Below are positions 10,244 to 21,113 of a DNA stretch of 64,000 nucleotides, piece after piece. Source of the DNA: Candidatus Xenobia bacterium (GTDB taxonomy: Bacteria; Vulcanimicrobiota; Xenobia; Xenobiales; QWHO01); contig BTUM01000001.1 in assembly GCA_045863235.1 (NCBI GenBank), positions 256,001-320,000 of the forward strand, read 5' to 3'. How positions within the stretch are numbered: the stretch's first letter is position 1; each line of letters starts with the position of its first letter. The notes below the pieces were generated by a model. The model made no database searches. It worked only from the letters and a program-made list of their open reading frames with translations, and was not told where the DNA came from. A program made the position numbers and the translations under genes.

Positions 10244-10639
10244 TTACTCGTGCTGGTAAGCCCGCACGGCCTCCACGTCCTTGACCCCGCCGGGCACTCT
10301 CACCACCGCTTTGGCCTCGAATTCGTGGTCGGCGGCCAGGGCCCGGAGCTTGGCGTTGTTCTCCTCGAAAAAGTCCCGCGAGACCCGGTAGCCCGGCTGC
10401 ACGAAGGCGATGTCGTTCCAGGTGCGGATCTTCTCCCAGGGGGCGGAGGCATCGTCGCGGACGTAGAGGTCGATCACCACCGGGCCGGCCTGGCGATGGG
10501 TGCCGGGGTTGCGGACGGTGACCCGGATGTTGACGTCCTCCCCCTTCATCCGAACCAGCAACTGCTCGATCTCGATGTCGGCCCGGGCTGGTAGGAACAG
10601 CAGCAGGCCGAGAACCAGGCCAAAGAAGCTTGATCTCAC
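10244..10639 (-). CDS. Secreted hypothetical protein (beta-rich)
   Basis: GTG start downstream of AAAGGA; signal peptide ending ARA-D. Confidence 0.7.
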   Translation of the reverse strand: MRSSFFGLVLGLLLFLPARADIEIEQLLVRMKGEDVNIRVTVRNPGTHRQAGPVVIDLYVRDDASAPWEKIRTWNDIAFVQPGYRVSRDFFEENNAKLRALAADHEFEAKAVVRVPGGVKDVEAVRAYQHE

Positions 10640-10652
10640 GGGCTGGGTCCTT

Positions 10653-11135
10653 TCAGTGATGGTGGTGATGGCCGCCCGGCCCGTGCACGTGGCCATGGGC
10701 GATCTCTTCCGGCGAGCCTGGGCGGAGCTTGACCACCTCTACCTCGAAGAAGAGCTTCTGTCCTGCCAGCGGGTGGTTGGCGTCGAGCAGCACTTCTTCG
10801 CCTTTGATCTCGATGATACGGGCTCGGATCGTCTCGCCGCCGGGGCCCTGCAGGCCGACCATGGCGCCCTCCTTGATAGGATGGCCGCCGAAATCGGCCT
10901 TCTTCATTCCGAAGCGCAGGTCGGCCCGGACTTCGCCATAGCCATCCTTGGGCTCGACCGTGAAGCTCTTCTTCTCGCCCGGCTGCATGCCGGTCATTTG
11001 CTTCTCGAAGCCCGGAATCAAGTTCTGGTGGCCATGGAGATAAGCCAGCGGCTCCTCGCGCGTCTGGTCCAAGATCTTGCCTTCCTGGTCGCGCAGAGTG
11101 TAGTTGATCTCGACCACGATGTCGTTGGCGATCAC
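10653..11135 (-). CDS. slyD: FKBP-type peptidyl-prolyl isomerase SlyD
   Basis: YLHGHQNLIPGFE, DANHPLAG and a His-rich C-terminus. Confidence 0.93.
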   Translation of the reverse strand: MIANDIVVEINYTLRDQEGKILDQTREEPLAYLHGHQNLIPGFEKQMTGMQPGEKKSFTVEPKDGYGEVRADLRFGMKKADFGGHPIKEGAMVGLQGPGGETIRARIIEIKGEEVLLDANHPLAGQKLFFEVEVVKLRPGSPEEIAHGHVHGPGGHHHHH

Positions 11136-11461
11136 GGGAGCGGGCCGCCCTTTCCTTTTAAAGTGTCGTTAATCACGATCTGATTGTCCACTTTGGCCAC
11201 CCCGTGGACGCCTCGCGCCAGTTGCTCGGCCTTCTTCTTGGAGGCTTCGTCGGGAACCTCGCCCTTGATCACCACCTGATCGTGCTTTGCTTCGGCGGTC
11301 AGCACGCAGCCCGCCAGGATCGGGTCCTGCTTCAAAGCGACGTTGACGGCGGTCAGGGTGGCCTTATCGATGGGCTCGATGGTGGAGGGAGGTGGGGTGG
11401 CCGGGGCTGCGCAGCCCACCAGTACCAGGGCCGCCATGATGGCCAGCAGAATCCTCGGCAT
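11132..11461 (-). CDS. BON-domain lipoprotein
   Basis: Lipobox LVGC; AEQLARGVHGVAKVDNQI BON motif. Confidence 0.88.
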   Translation of the reverse strand: MPRILLAIMAALVLVGCAAPATPPPSTIEPIDKATLTAVNVALKQDPILAGCVLTAEAKHDQVVIKGEVPDEASKKKAEQLARGVHGVAKVDNQIVINDTLKGKGGPLP

Positions 11462-11517
11462 GCCCCATTCTTCGCACCCCCGCCAGGGATCCCTGGTCTA
11501 CCCGGGAAGCGGTTCAG

Positions 11518-12702
11518 ATGGGTCCTCTGGAAGGGTTGCGAGTGCTGGAGCTGGCCGGAATCCTGGCTGGCCCGGCGGTGGGCTCGTTTTTCGCCGAACT
11601 GGGGGCGGACGTGGTCAAGGTCGAGAATCCGGCCACCGGGGGCGACCCCACGCGAGGCTGGAGGTTGGCAGGAGAGACAAGCCCCGAGGGGCTCAGCGCC
11701 TACTTCTGCTCGGTCAATTGGGGTAAACGCTCGCTGGCGCTCGATTTCACCAACCAGCGCCCGTTGCTCGACCGTTTGCTGGAGCGGGCCGACGTGGCGC
11801 TGGTGAACTTCCGGCCCGGCAGCGGGATCGACCCGGCCGGACTGGCCAGGGACTATCCGCGCCTGGTGGTTGGCTCGGTGACCGGATACGGCCCTGCCGA
11901 TCCTCGTCCGGGCTTTGACGCCCTGATTCAGGCCGAGTCCGGCTTCATGGAACTGACCGGTCCCCCCGGCGGGCCGGCCTGCAAGCTGCCGGTGGCCTTG
12001 CTCGATCTGCTGGCCGCTCACCAGCTGAAGGAGGGTTTACTGCTGGCACTTTTGGGGCGGGAGAAGACCGGACAGGGAGCGCTGGTGCAGGTCTCCCTCT
12101 GGGAGACGGCTCTGGCCTCGCTGGCCAACGTGGCCACCAACGTTCTGATGGCTGGCTGGGAGCCCTGCAGGTTGGGGAGCGAGCACGCCAATCTGTTTCC
12201 TTACGGCACCCTGCTGCCATGCTCGGATGGGGCGGTTCTGTTGGCGATCGGGACCGACCGCCAGTTCAGCGCCCTGTGTACCGCCCTGGATCGCTCCGAC
12301 CTGACGCGGCTCTATGCCACCAACCGTTTGCGGGTCGAAAAGCGCGAGGAGCTGCGGTCGGAGTTGGAAGCGGCCTGCTCGAGCCTCTCCACCCAGCTTC
12401 TGTTGGAGCGACTTCTCGCCGCTCAGGTGCCGGCCGGCCGAGTGCAGAACGTGCGCCAGGCCCTGGAGAGCCCGGCCGCGCAGGCCCTCCTTCTGGAGGA
12501 TGGTCCCCTGCGTGGCTTGCGCAGTCTCGTTTTCAGCGGGGTGGAGCGGGTCCGTCTGGCTTCCCCGCCGGCTCTGGGGGCTCACAGCCAGGAGGTGGTG
12601 GCCCAGTGGCTTCAGGGAACCTTCTCCAGCGAAGGCTCACCGGCGGGTTCATCGAGCAGCACTTCGCCGGGGGTCAGCCGGTGTCCGCAGAAAGGACAGT
12701 AA
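11518..12702 (+). CDS. Family III CoA transferase (CaiB/BaiF)
   Basis: PLEGLRVLEL..LAGP, LGADVVKVE, NWGKRSLALD and GFDALIQAESG motifs. Confidence 0.9.
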   Translation: MGPLEGLRVLELAGILAGPAVGSFFAELGADVVKVENPATGGDPTRGWRLAGETSPEGLSAYFCSVNWGKRSLALDFTNQRPLLDRLLERADVALVNFRPGSGIDPAGLARDYPRLVVGSVTGYGPADPRPGFDALIQAESGFMELTGPPGGPACKLPVALLDLLAAHQLKEGLLLALLGREKTGQGALVQVSLWETALASLANVATNVLMAGWEPCRLGSEHANLFPYGTLLPCSDGAVLLAIGTDRQFSALCTALDRSDLTRLYATNRLRVEKREELRSELEAACSSLSTQLLLERLLAAQVPAGRVQNVRQALESPAAQALLLEDGPLRGLRSLVFSGVERVRLASPPALGAHSQEVVAQWLQGTFSSEGSPAGSSSSTSPGVSRCPQKGQ

Positions 12703-13226
12703 TCCTGGGGCTGGGTGATGTTCCGCCCGCAGGAGGGGCAGTCCAGGGCGCTCGCATCCGATTCGGGGTCTTCCGTCTCGCCTATGGTGGGGGCTTGAGC
12801 GGCGGCCCCGATCATCGAGAGCAGCACCGAACCCAGGAAAAGGTAGGGCACGCACAGCGCCAGCAAAACGGCCGGAGTCAGTCCTGAGGCGGGTTGGGGC
12901 CGCCAGGCCTGGATCTCCACCTCCTTCTTGGTCAGCAGGGTCAGCGCCAGTGCGGGGTCGGGAACCTCCACCCGCACGATCCCTCCTGCCTGGCGCTCCA
13001 GGTAGAAGATCTGGCCGTCCACCCAGGCACGCCTGTAAAGGCTCTCCTGGGCTTCGGTCCAGAACTGGTTGTAGCCCAGACGCTCGGCCTGATTGAACGG
13101 CGTGGCCAGCCGGGTCAAGGAAAGGGCCAGGGTGGCCAGCAGGATCAGTCCGATCAGCACCACCCCGATGCGAAGAATTCGCCGGCTGTTGTTACGCCGG
13201 CGCCGAGCGTGTCGTTTATCGGTCAC
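12612..13226 (-). CDS. Membrane protein with C-terminal zinc ribbon
   Basis: Two TM segments; CPSCG...YCPFCG. Confidence 0.75.
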   Translation of the reverse strand: MTDKRHARRRRNNSRRILRIGVVLIGLILLATLALSLTRLATPFNQAERLGYNQFWTEAQESLYRRAWVDGQIFYLERQAGGIVRVEVPDPALALTLLTKKEVEIQAWRPQPASGLTPAVLLALCVPYLFLGSVLLSMIGAAAQAPTIGETEDPESDASALDCPSCGRNITQPQDYCPFCGHRLTPGEVLLDEPAGEPSLEKVP

Positions 13227-13972
13227 GTTTGCTCCTGAAGGGTTACCGGCGCAGGCTCGTCGGGGGCCGGTGGCTCGGGTTCGGGGGATCTGGTGCTGGC
13301 TCGACTGGCTTCAGCCAGAAGTCGCGCCGACCAGGTGGGAATCCCGGGGGTGAAAGATGGCAACGTGTCGGGGAGCGGGTCTTCCAGGACCAGCGGCCGC
13401 AGGCTGACGTCGAGCAATCGCTGCAGCTCGAGCAGTCTGGTCATCAGGGAATCGAGCTGTTCGTCGCGCGGGGAGGCGGGTAAAAGGTGCAGCGCGGCCA
13501 CCAGCTCGGAGAGCAAGCGACCCTGGTGCTGCAGCTCCGCAAGCGAAGTCGCCAGCTGGCTGGCCACCACCTCGGAGGCCCCCAGCTCCTTCAGGTGCGC
13601 GCTCCACAGGTCTTCTTGTCGGGCTCGCTCCTCTTGATGTTGGCCCTGGTGGTCGCGGGCCCCCTCCCCTGATTGACGGGACCCTTTGACGCGGACTTCG
13701 ACCTGCTGGATCATCGTCTCCAGAGGCTCAAGCGTTCGTTGCACCTGGAAACCAAGCTCCTGGCAGGCTTGCCGGAACATCAAGTGCAGAGCCAGGCGGT
13801 CAGACGCCGAACGGCTGGCGTCCAGAGCCGACTCAAGGACACCCAATGCGAATTCGCAGCGGTGGGTGAGATGGGAAATCTGGCTGGCGGCGCGGACCGC
13901 TCCCAGCAAGCCCAGCTCGGGCAAACTGAGGCGCTCGGCCAGGGACAGCGCATTTTGCGCGCCGGTTTGCAC
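13223..13972 (-). CDS. Hypothetical helical/coiled-coil protein
   Basis: GGAGGT RBS before GTG; operon-like overlap with the downstream gene. Confidence 0.65.
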   Translation of the reverse strand: MQTGAQNALSLAERLSLPELGLLGAVRAASQISHLTHRCEFALGVLESALDASRSASDRLALHLMFRQACQELGFQVQRTLEPLETMIQQVEVRVKGSRQSGEGARDHQGQHQEERARQEDLWSAHLKELGASEVVASQLATSLAELQHQGRLLSELVAALHLLPASPRDEQLDSLMTRLLELQRLLDVSLRPLVLEDPLPDTLPSFTPGIPTWSARLLAEASRASTRSPEPEPPAPDEPAPVTLQEQT

Positions 13973-13989
13973 AGCGTTACCTCCAGACC

Positions 13990-16836
13990 TTACGAGCGGG
14001 CCTCGGCGAAGGGGAAAAGGCGCAACAACTCGGAACGCAGGTCTTCCCCGCTGGACTGAGCGTCCAATGCTCTGATCCGCTCCGCCAGACCCGTGTCTTT
14101 CAGTTCGTTTTCCACCCAGTTGGAGAAATCCCCCCGCTCGAGGTGGTAGGCCAGCGAGCCGGGCTCGATGTAGAGCAGGGTGTCCACAAACTCCCGATAG
14201 CTGCGGGCTCGGACTCCCAGGTAACGACCCGGGGTCCAGAAGTGAAAGGCGCGATCTTCGGGCAGCAGCGAATCGTCCAGGGGAGGCTCCATGGCCAGAT
14301 CCACCGGCGAGGGGCGCTCGTTGGCATCCACCTCGCCGCTGATGCTCGACTGCAGCCGCACGACCGCGTCGTGGTAGCTGGTCAAGAGCTCCCGGCTCAA
14401 CTCGGGGGTCGGCCCTTCCGCCCAGAGCTGAAGCTGGGGCTGGGTGGGGTCGGGCAAGACCAGGGCCCAGGAGTCGCCCCGGATGATCTTGACGCCTTCC
14501 AGCATCTGCAACTCGGCTTCTCGATTCTCCTCGATCAAGAGCCGCATGACCCGGCCCTTCTGTTGCCAGGTGCAGGGCACCGACTCCTCCAGCACGTGCA
14601 CGGAGGGTACCTGGGCCACCACCTCGGAAAGTGGCACCTGCTCACCCGCCAGCAGCTCGAGCAGGCGGGCGAAGGCGAACATGGCGTCAAATCCGGGCGA
14701 GAATCCGGGGAAAATGAAGCCCCCGGTGGGGGTGCCGGCCAGTTGGATCCGGCGTTGGCCGACGCTGGCGGTATGCATCAGCGACCGGGTATCCGTGCGG
14801 GTGCGGATCACCCGCCCGTCGTAGTCACGGGCCAGTTTCTCCAGCACCGAGGTGGCCTGGATGGGAGCCGCCACCAGGCTCCCGGGCGTGTGCCGGAAGA
14901 CCATCATGGAGAAGGCGGCCAGAAGCTCGCTGCCCGAGAGGATGCGGCCGGTTTCGTCCACCACCACCAGCTTCTCGACGTCAGTGTCCATCAGCACGCC
15001 CATGTCGGCCTTGAGGGTCATCACGATGTTGGAGAGCGCTTCCAACGACCGGCGAGGCTGCACTTCGGTGGCCTTCTGGGGGTCGAGGTAAGCGTTCAAG
15101 CTCACGGTCTCGCAGCCGAGCTGACCCAGGATGCTCGGCAGGGCCACCGAGGCCTTCCCGTAGCAGTAGTCGATGACCACCCGAAAGCCGGCCTTGCGCA
15201 CCTGATCGACGTCCATGCTGGCCGCGAAGCCCTCCAGGTAACGCTCCAGGGTGCGGGCCGGAAAGTCGATGTGGCCCACCTCATCCATGGTGGTGCGACG
15301 GAAGTCTTCTCGAAAGAAACGGTTCTCGATGCGGCGCTCCATGCCCTTATCGATGTTGATGCCCCGCTCGTCGTAGAACTCGATCTGCAGCGAACGCGGG
15401 TCCTCGGGAGAGACGCGGGTATGAATGCCCCCGGCCGCGGTGCTGTTCTTGAGCACCGTTCGGCTGATGGGCGCGGGGGTAATGCGCAGGTCGCGCACGT
15501 TACATCCGACCGATATCAGGCCGCACATCAGGGCACGATTGGTCATTCGGGCGGCGGGGTGAGAGTCACGCGAGCTGGTGATCACGGAGCCCTTCTCCAG
15601 CGAGGCGCCAAAGGCGGCTCCGAGCTTCAAGGCGAATTCGGGCGTGATCTCGATGTTGCCCAGGCCCGCGATGCCCTCCAGCCCAAAGAGCGAGCCCGGC
15701 CAGCGCTTGCCCCAGATCAGGCTGAGGGAAACGTTGGCTCCCGCCTCGATGTTCTTGTCCGGCCAGACCTTGACCTTGGGCTGCAAAATGGCGCCGGTGC
15801 CAACGAAGACGGCATCGCCCAGAACCACCCCGTCGCCCACCGAGACGTTGTTCTTCAAAGTGGTGTGACGCCCCACGATGCTGCCCGCCAGACGGGTGTT
15901 CTTGCCGACATAGACGTCGCTCCAGAGCACGTCGCGCTGGAGTTGAGCCCCTTCCTCGATGACGCAGTCGTCGCCCAGGACGGTGAAGGACGAGAGGCGG
16001 GCGTTCTCGCGTATGCGGCAGTTCTTTCCTACCACCACGGGGCCCTCGATGTAGGCTGAAGGATGAATCTGACAGCCCTGCCCCATCCAGATCTTGTCTG
16101 AGACGAACTCGCCCGGAGGCTGGTGCTGGACCCGGCCCTCGAGCAGGTCGAGTTGGGCCTGGCGGTACTGCTGAAGGTTGCCCACGTCGCACCAGTAGCC
16201 ATCCACCACGCAGCCGTAGATCGCCTTGCCCCGATCCATGGCGGCCGGAAACAGGTCTTGCGAGAAGTCGTAGGGACGATCATTCTCCATCTGGTCGAGC
16301 AACTCGGGCTCGAGCACGTAGATGCCCGTGTTGACGGTATCCGAGAAGACCTCCGACCAGGTCGGTTTCTCCAGGAAGCGCTCCACCCGGCCGGTGTCGT
16401 CGGTGATGACCACGCCGAATTCGAGCGGGCTCTCGACTCGCGCCAGAGCGATCGTCGCCACTGCCTGCTTGGCGCGATGGAACTCGATGACCCTGGTCAG
16501 GTCGATGTCGGTAAAGGCGTCCCCGCTCAAGACCAGGAAGGTGGAGTCGAGATAGGGTTGCACCTTCTTGATGCTGCCCGCGGTGCCGAGCGGGTCGGCC
16601 TCGATGGAGTAGGTGATCTGCACGCCCCAGTCGGTGCCATCACCGAAGTATGTCATCACCTCGTCGGCCAGATAGTGCAGGGTGACGATCAGGTTGGTCA
16701 CGCCGTGCCGCTTGAGCAGGTCGACCACGTATTCCATCATGGGGCGGTTGCAGATGGGGACCAGCGGCTTGGGCCGATTGCACGTCAGGGGTCGCAGCCG
16801 GGCACCCTGGCCGCCCGCCATCACCACCGCCTTCAC
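13990..16836 (-). CDS. Mannose-1-phosphate guanylyltransferase / phosphomannomutase-like fusion with C-terminal DUF5752-like domain
   Basis: [25 protein letters not shown]-transferase domain, hexapeptide repeats, PGM/PMM-like domains, and a C-terminal [12 protein letters not shown] motif. Confidence 0.88.
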   Translation of the reverse strand: MKAVVMAGGQGARLRPLTCNRPKPLVPICNRPMMEYVVDLLKRHGVTNLIVTLHYLADEVMTYFGDGTDWGVQITYSIEADPLGTAGSIKKVQPYLDSTFLVLSGDAFTDIDLTRVIEFHRAKQAVATIALARVESPLEFGVVITDDTGRVERFLEKPTWSEVFSDTVNTGIYVLEPELLDQMENDRPYDFSQDLFPAAMDRGKAIYGCVVDGYWCDVGNLQQYRQAQLDLLEGRVQHQPPGEFVSDKIWMGQGCQIHPSAYIEGPVVVGKNCRIRENARLSSFTVLGDDCVIEEGAQLQRDVLWSDVYVGKNTRLAGSIVGRHTTLKNNVSVGDGVVLGDAVFVGTGAILQPKVKVWPDKNIEAGANVSLSLIWGKRWPGSLFGLEGIAGLGNIEITPEFALKLGAAFGASLEKGSVITSSRDSHPAARMTNRALMCGLISVGCNVRDLRITPAPISRTVLKNSTAAGGIHTRVSPEDPRSLQIEFYDERGINIDKGMERRIENRFFREDFRRTTMDEVGHIDFPARTLERYLEGFAASMDVDQVRKAGFRVVIDYCYGKASVALPSILGQLGCETVSLNAYLDPQKATEVQPRRSLEALSNIVMTLKADMGVLMDTDVEKLVVVDETGRILSGSELLAAFSMMVFRHTPGSLVAAPIQATSVLEKLARDYDGRVIRTRTDTRSLMHTASVGQRRIQLAGTPTGGFIFPGFSPGFDAMFAFARLLELLAGEQVPLSEVVAQVPSVHVLEESVPCTWQQKGRVMRLLIEENREAELQMLEGVKIIRGDSWALVLPDPTQPQLQLWAEGPTPELSRELLTSYHDAVVRLQSSISGEVDANERPSPVDLAMEPPLDDSLLPEDRAFHFWTPGRYLGVRARSYREFVDTLLYIEPGSLAYHLERGDFSNWVENELKDTGLAERIRALDAQSSGEDLRSELLRLFPFAEARS

Positions 16837-17132
16837 GTCACCCGTCCTCCGTCCCGTCTGACCGGCGTGATTTGAGGCCGCAGGCCCCCTCGCCGAGGTT
16901 CAGGCCTGGGTGTTCCACGGTTCCAGGGGGACTCCTGTCAGGCCGGGACAACCCCTGTTCGTTCGGAACAGGCCGCGAGAGGCCGCTCCTTCGGCGCCGT
17001 GGAGGCGGCCAGTTGTTCGGGGGAAGGAGGTTCTCGCACAAGCGAGAAAACCCTGAACCATTGCTCCCGAGGGCTCATTTTTCGCAATCCAGTGGGCCCT
17101 CGGAGACCTAAAAAGGCGGACGTCCCCAAACG

Positions 17133-18887
17133 ATGCTCAAGATTCTTCAACGCCGACTTCCGGTGCAGCTGCGTCCTGAGGAGGCCTATCAGGTCCAGCA
17201 GAGCCTGCAGGCGCGCTTCAACAGCTTGTTGGCCGGTGTGCGGCTTGAGTACCTGCGTCGCCTGGGTCTTTCGTCCGAGCCGGCGGGGATGTCGGGTCCA
17301 CCTCAGGGGTCGAGCCTGGCTGCCGGTGAGCTGTTCATGCCCGAGCCAGGTACCATCTTCTACATCAAGTATCCGCGCCAGGGTGAAGCTTTCGAGGCCG
17401 GCGCCATCTCCCGGCAGCGCGACGCCGATTTTGGCCATTTTTTCAGCGAGGTCAAGGAGGCCGTGCTGGAAGTGCACGGCTCGGCCGGGGAGTGGCAGGC
17501 TGTTGGCGGAGCTGGCGAGTTGCAGGTCGAGGAGGCCCGCCCGGCCGACATCAATGTTTCCCAGAAAGAAATGGAAGCCTCGCGCGAGATCATGAACGAG
17601 CGCTCGAAAGCGCTTCTCGAGCTGCTGGCCCGAGGGGAATCGATGCTGTTCAAGCAGCTGGAGGAGGGCAACCGCAAAGATGCCGCGGCTCTGCTCAGCA
17701 CCCTGGAAGAGCTCGATCTGGTTCGTAAAGATTACGCCGTCCTCGATCCCGAGAGCGGCCAGCAGATCTTGCGGGTGGCCAGCCGCGAGACCATCGAGGA
17801 ATACTCGCAGAAGGGCTTCAACTGGTTCGTCAGCGGCAAGTCCGTGTCTGACATGGAAGTGGATGAGGTGCTCAGCTGCACACCCTTCTGTCGAGGCTTG
17901 CTGGAGAACGACCAGTGGCTGTTGGTCATCTTGCTCGGCGCCCTGAAGAGCCTGGGATTCAGCAACGAGGACGTGCAGGTCTGCCAACAGCCCAATGCCC
18001 CGATCCAGCTGTTCTTGAGCCTCAATCACCAGAACTTCCTGGTCGTGCTCACCAATAACAAGCTGACTCTGGATGACTCCTATCTGATCAGCGCTCAGGT
18101 AGCCGCCTACGGCCTGTCCCATGTGCTGGTCATCTCCAACCAGAAGATCTCTCGCTTGATGAAGCACCATCTCAGCCAGACGAATGCTGACGTTTCGTTC
18201 AACTTCATCGACTCGCTTAACGAGCTCGAGGAGACCGTCCAGACGGTATTTCTGGAGAAGCAGCGGGCCTATCTCAAGGACGTTCTTGCCCCGATCTCCG
18301 AGATGACTCCGGTCAAGATCGAAGAGCTGGTGATCGAGAAAATGGCCCCTCGCGCCGAAGCGCTGGCTCCGGCTGAGGAAGTCGTTCCTCCGGCCGCCAC
18401 CAGTTTCGGAGCCGACATGTTTGATACCGCCGAGCCCGAGCCGGCGCCTCGCAGCACCCCTGCTGCTCCGGCTGTCCAGCCTGCTCAGGAGTACATGGAG
18501 GATTTCTCGCCCGAAGCCGTCCCTGAGATCCCCGGCTTTTCCGAGGGTCAGGGAGAAGCCGAGCCCGTGGGAGAGGATTTCGAGGTGGCCACCTTCTTCG
18601 AGGACTTGATGCAGCCAGCCGAGGAATCGGGTGGGGAAGAGGCGGGCTACGAGGACGAAGAGCAGGACTCCGCCGGCGAGGGGCCAGCCGAGATGGAGGC
18701 CGTGCCCAGTCGCCTGGCCATGGGCCAGGCGCCCATCCCGCGCAGTCTGCCCCCGAGCGCCAGTCCGATTCGCCCGGCCGGTGCCGCTCCCGCTCCCGCT
18801 CCCGCGATGCGCCCCCCCGGAGCCCCTCCCCCCTCGGGCGGCTTGCCGCCAGGGATGCCCGGGATGCCTCCGCGCCGTCCGTCCTGA
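17133..18887 (+). CDS. Hypothetical protein with acidic and Pro-rich disordered C-terminus
   Basis: 584-aa ORF with coding-like codon use; no family recognised. Confidence 0.75.
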   Translation: MLKILQRRLPVQLRPEEAYQVQQSLQARFNSLLAGVRLEYLRRLGLSSEPAGMSGPPQGSSLAAGELFMPEPGTIFYIKYPRQGEAFEAGAISRQRDADFGHFFSEVKEAVLEVHGSAGEWQAVGGAGELQVEEARPADINVSQKEMEASREIMNERSKALLELLARGESMLFKQLEEGNRKDAAALLSTLEELDLVRKDYAVLDPESGQQILRVASRETIEEYSQKGFNWFVSGKSVSDMEVDEVLSCTPFCRGLLENDQWLLVILLGALKSLGFSNEDVQVCQQPNAPIQLFLSLNHQNFLVVLTNNKLTLDDSYLISAQVAAYGLSHVLVISNQKISRLMKHHLSQTNADVSFNFIDSLNELEETVQTVFLEKQRAYLKDVLAPISEMTPVKIEELVIEKMAPRAEALAPAEEVVPPAATSFGADMFDTAEPEPAPRSTPAAPAVQPAQEYMEDFSPEAVPEIPGFSEGQGEAEPVGEDFEVATFFEDLMQPAEESGGEEAGYEDEEQDSAGEGPAEMEAVPSRLAMGQAPIPRSLPPSASPIRPAGAAPAPAPAMRPPGAPPPSGGLPPGMPGMPPRRPS

Positions 18888-18907
18888 CGCGTGCTATAGT
18901 ATAGTTT

Positions 18908-19480
18908 ATGCTGCGCCTGATCCGGCGGGACCCGCTTGCTCTGCCCAGTCCGGGAGGACGGGTCATCTTGCGCCCGCTCTTGCCTGCCCACATCGCTTTG
19001 ATTCGGCAGTGGCTCAATGACCCCGAGGTGACCCGCCTGGCCTTTGGCACTCAGGCGACCGGCGAGGTGCTCGACAAGCTGGTTCGGGAGTATTGTCGCG
19101 AGATCAAGTTGGGTCGCAAGAACAGTCTGGCTATCGATGTGTCGACCGGGGGAGTGGTCGGTTTCGTGCGCTTCAGCCTGCGCAACGCCGCACGCGGGCG
19201 CACCGCCCGCGTAGGCATCTTGATCGGCAATCGCCGCTACTGGAATCTGGGTCTGGGGACCGAGGCCATGACCGCCCTGCTCCACCACCTGTTTGATTCA
19301 GGGATGGATGTCATCGAGCTGGACACCGCCGATTTCAACGAGCGCGCGCAGCGTTGCTTCGAGAAAAGTGGATTCGTGCGTTGCGGCGAGCAGGGTCAGC
19401 TCGATCCGGAAGGCGGGCCGGGCTGCCGAAAGATCTGGATGGAGATCACTCGCCAGCGTTGGATTCAGCTGCAGCGCTGA
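18908..19480 (+). CDS. RimL/RimJ-type GNAT N-acetyltransferase
   Basis: YWNLGLGTEAM and NERAQRCFEKSGF motifs. Confidence 0.88.
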   Translation: MLRLIRRDPLALPSPGGRVILRPLLPAHIALIRQWLNDPEVTRLAFGTQATGEVLDKLVREYCREIKLGRKNSLAIDVSTGGVVGFVRFSLRNAARGRTARVGILIGNRRYWNLGLGTEAMTALLHHLFDSGMDVIELDTADFNERAQRCFEKSGFVRCGEQGQLDPEGGPGCRKIWMEITRQRWIQLQR

Positions 19481-20882
19481 AATTCTCGGGCAGCTCCGCA
19501 TCCCACGCGATGCCGTCGTTCTCTGCCTCCGGGTCCAACTCGCCGGCCGTCAGAGTGGGAGGCTCGGGCGAACTGTCAGGCTGGCTCGGACTCAGCTCGG
19601 CCACCACCCAGAGACCTCCCTGGCTCGGGCCCGCCGCCCAGCGCAGGGACTGGAGACGCTGTCCGCGGCGTAGCTTCAGCCAGCCGGCGGCACCGGGTTG
19701 ACCGGGAAGCTGCGCCGGCAAAAGCTCTTCTCCAGCCTGTCGTGAATCGCCCGGCAGCTCAGTGCCCAGGGCCAGGTCCAATCGACCCTCCTGCAGACGA
19801 GCCTGCCCCATTTTCTGCAGGCCTACCCGGCGGTGCAGCACCGGCGAGCCGGCCAGGAACTCGTTCCCGGTTCTCTCGTCGACCAGGATGCTGGCCTGCA
19901 AGGTCGTGCGCCCCGCCTTGAGCAGGTTCCAGGCCGCGGGTCCCTCCAGGAGCCAGTCCGAGCTGACAGCCAGCGCGCCCCGGGTGAGCCGGGCCAGGCT
20001 CTCCGCCAGGTGGCGCTCCTCGGCCTGGCTGAGGCCAGTGAAACGAAGCCCCGCCGGCAGCTCGATCAAGCCCGGTTGCACGGCCAGAGCACAGTTAGCC
20101 TCGCTGCTCAGACGGCCCAGGGCTTCCAGGATGGCTTCTCGTGACGGCTCCGGCAATGGATGAGGTTGCTTCGCTTTCAACTCGAGCTCCAGTCGGTCGG
20201 ACAGGCAGGTCCCTTCCACCGAGGCGTAGGGCCATTGCTCGAGGGCAGGACCTTCGAGGTGAAAACGCAGGGCCTGAGTCTGACAGGTCTCGCGCCAGAC
20301 GGCCGCGAGCAGCTCTTCATGCTGCGAGCGGGTCTTGCGATCCAGGCCTCGCACTTCGGGTGCGGGTCCCGAGCCGATCAGAACGGCGGTACGGCAGGTC
20401 GGGCCCTGCAGCCCTTCCAGGGAGTTGTAACGAAGCCCGCTCGAGCAGGTGAGCTCGAAGTCCTCTCCCTGGCAACGGTAGGTCAGGTTGCAGCACCCCC
20501 CGGGTTGAGCTGGCAGGCTTTCGGGGTAGGCCCCGGTTTCGGCCACCTGTTCCTCGAGGGCATCCACGGCCGCCTCCAGCTGGGCTCGGCAAGAGTCGGC
20601 GCCGTTCCAGGGCGAGCCGGGGAGGAGCACGACGGCGACTCGAGAGCTCGGGGGAACGTCCACCAGGGCTCTGCGGGCCCAGGCGACCAGCTCGGGGTTG
20701 AACGGCTCGAGCACGCCCAGAGCCGGCCATGCGCTGTGCGGGCCGCAGAGAACGATCGGGGCCCCCTGGACGAAGCCTGGTGGGGCTTCAGGCCGTGCTT
20801 CTCCCCCTCGAAATCCAGCTGCGCAAGCCCCCATCAGGGCCAGGAAGACAAGGATACGTCCCGGGCGCAGCCAGCCAGACAT
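19446..20882 (-). CDS. Hypothetical exported protein
   Basis: N-terminal hydrophobic segment, 478 aa; no family recognised. Confidence 0.6.
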   Translation of the reverse strand: MSGWLRPGRILVFLALMGACAAGFRGGEARPEAPPGFVQGAPIVLCGPHSAWPALGVLEPFNPELVAWARRALVDVPPSSRVAVVLLPGSPWNGADSCRAQLEAAVDALEEQVAETGAYPESLPAQPGGCCNLTYRCQGEDFELTCSSGLRYNSLEGLQGPTCRTAVLIGSGPAPEVRGLDRKTRSQHEELLAAVWRETCQTQALRFHLEGPALEQWPYASVEGTCLSDRLELELKAKQPHPLPEPSREAILEALGRLSSEANCALAVQPGLIELPAGLRFTGLSQAEERHLAESLARLTRGALAVSSDWLLEGPAAWNLLKAGRTTLQASILVDERTGNEFLAGSPVLHRRVGLQKMGQARLQEGRLDLALGTELPGDSRQAGEELLPAQLPGQPGAAGWLKLRRGQRLQSLRWAAGPSQGGLWVVAELSPSQPDSSPEPPTLTAGELDPEAENDGIAWDAELPENFSAAAESNAGE

Positions 20883-21113
20883 TATGAATTGCGTTCAAGG
20901 TGATCGCCCTGGACTCCTGCTTGGAATGATATGAGACAAAGGTTCTGGAGGCCAACGCCGAGCCGATTGTTTCCCTGTCGAGGGGAGACAACGAAGGTGT
21001 TGTGGAAATTTCAGAACCGCCATTCGGGCCCGCAAACTCAGTCGCACCAGAATCCAGCCACAAGCGGTGGTGGAATCGGAAGAGGTTTTTCAATTCGGAC
21101 TTTTGCAGGGCAA

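Noticed and set aside
12612..12702. 91-nt convergent overlap of the CoA transferase and zinc-ribbon genes as a regulatory device
   Set aside because: The CoA transferase tail is low-complexity run-through; a lost stop explains it.
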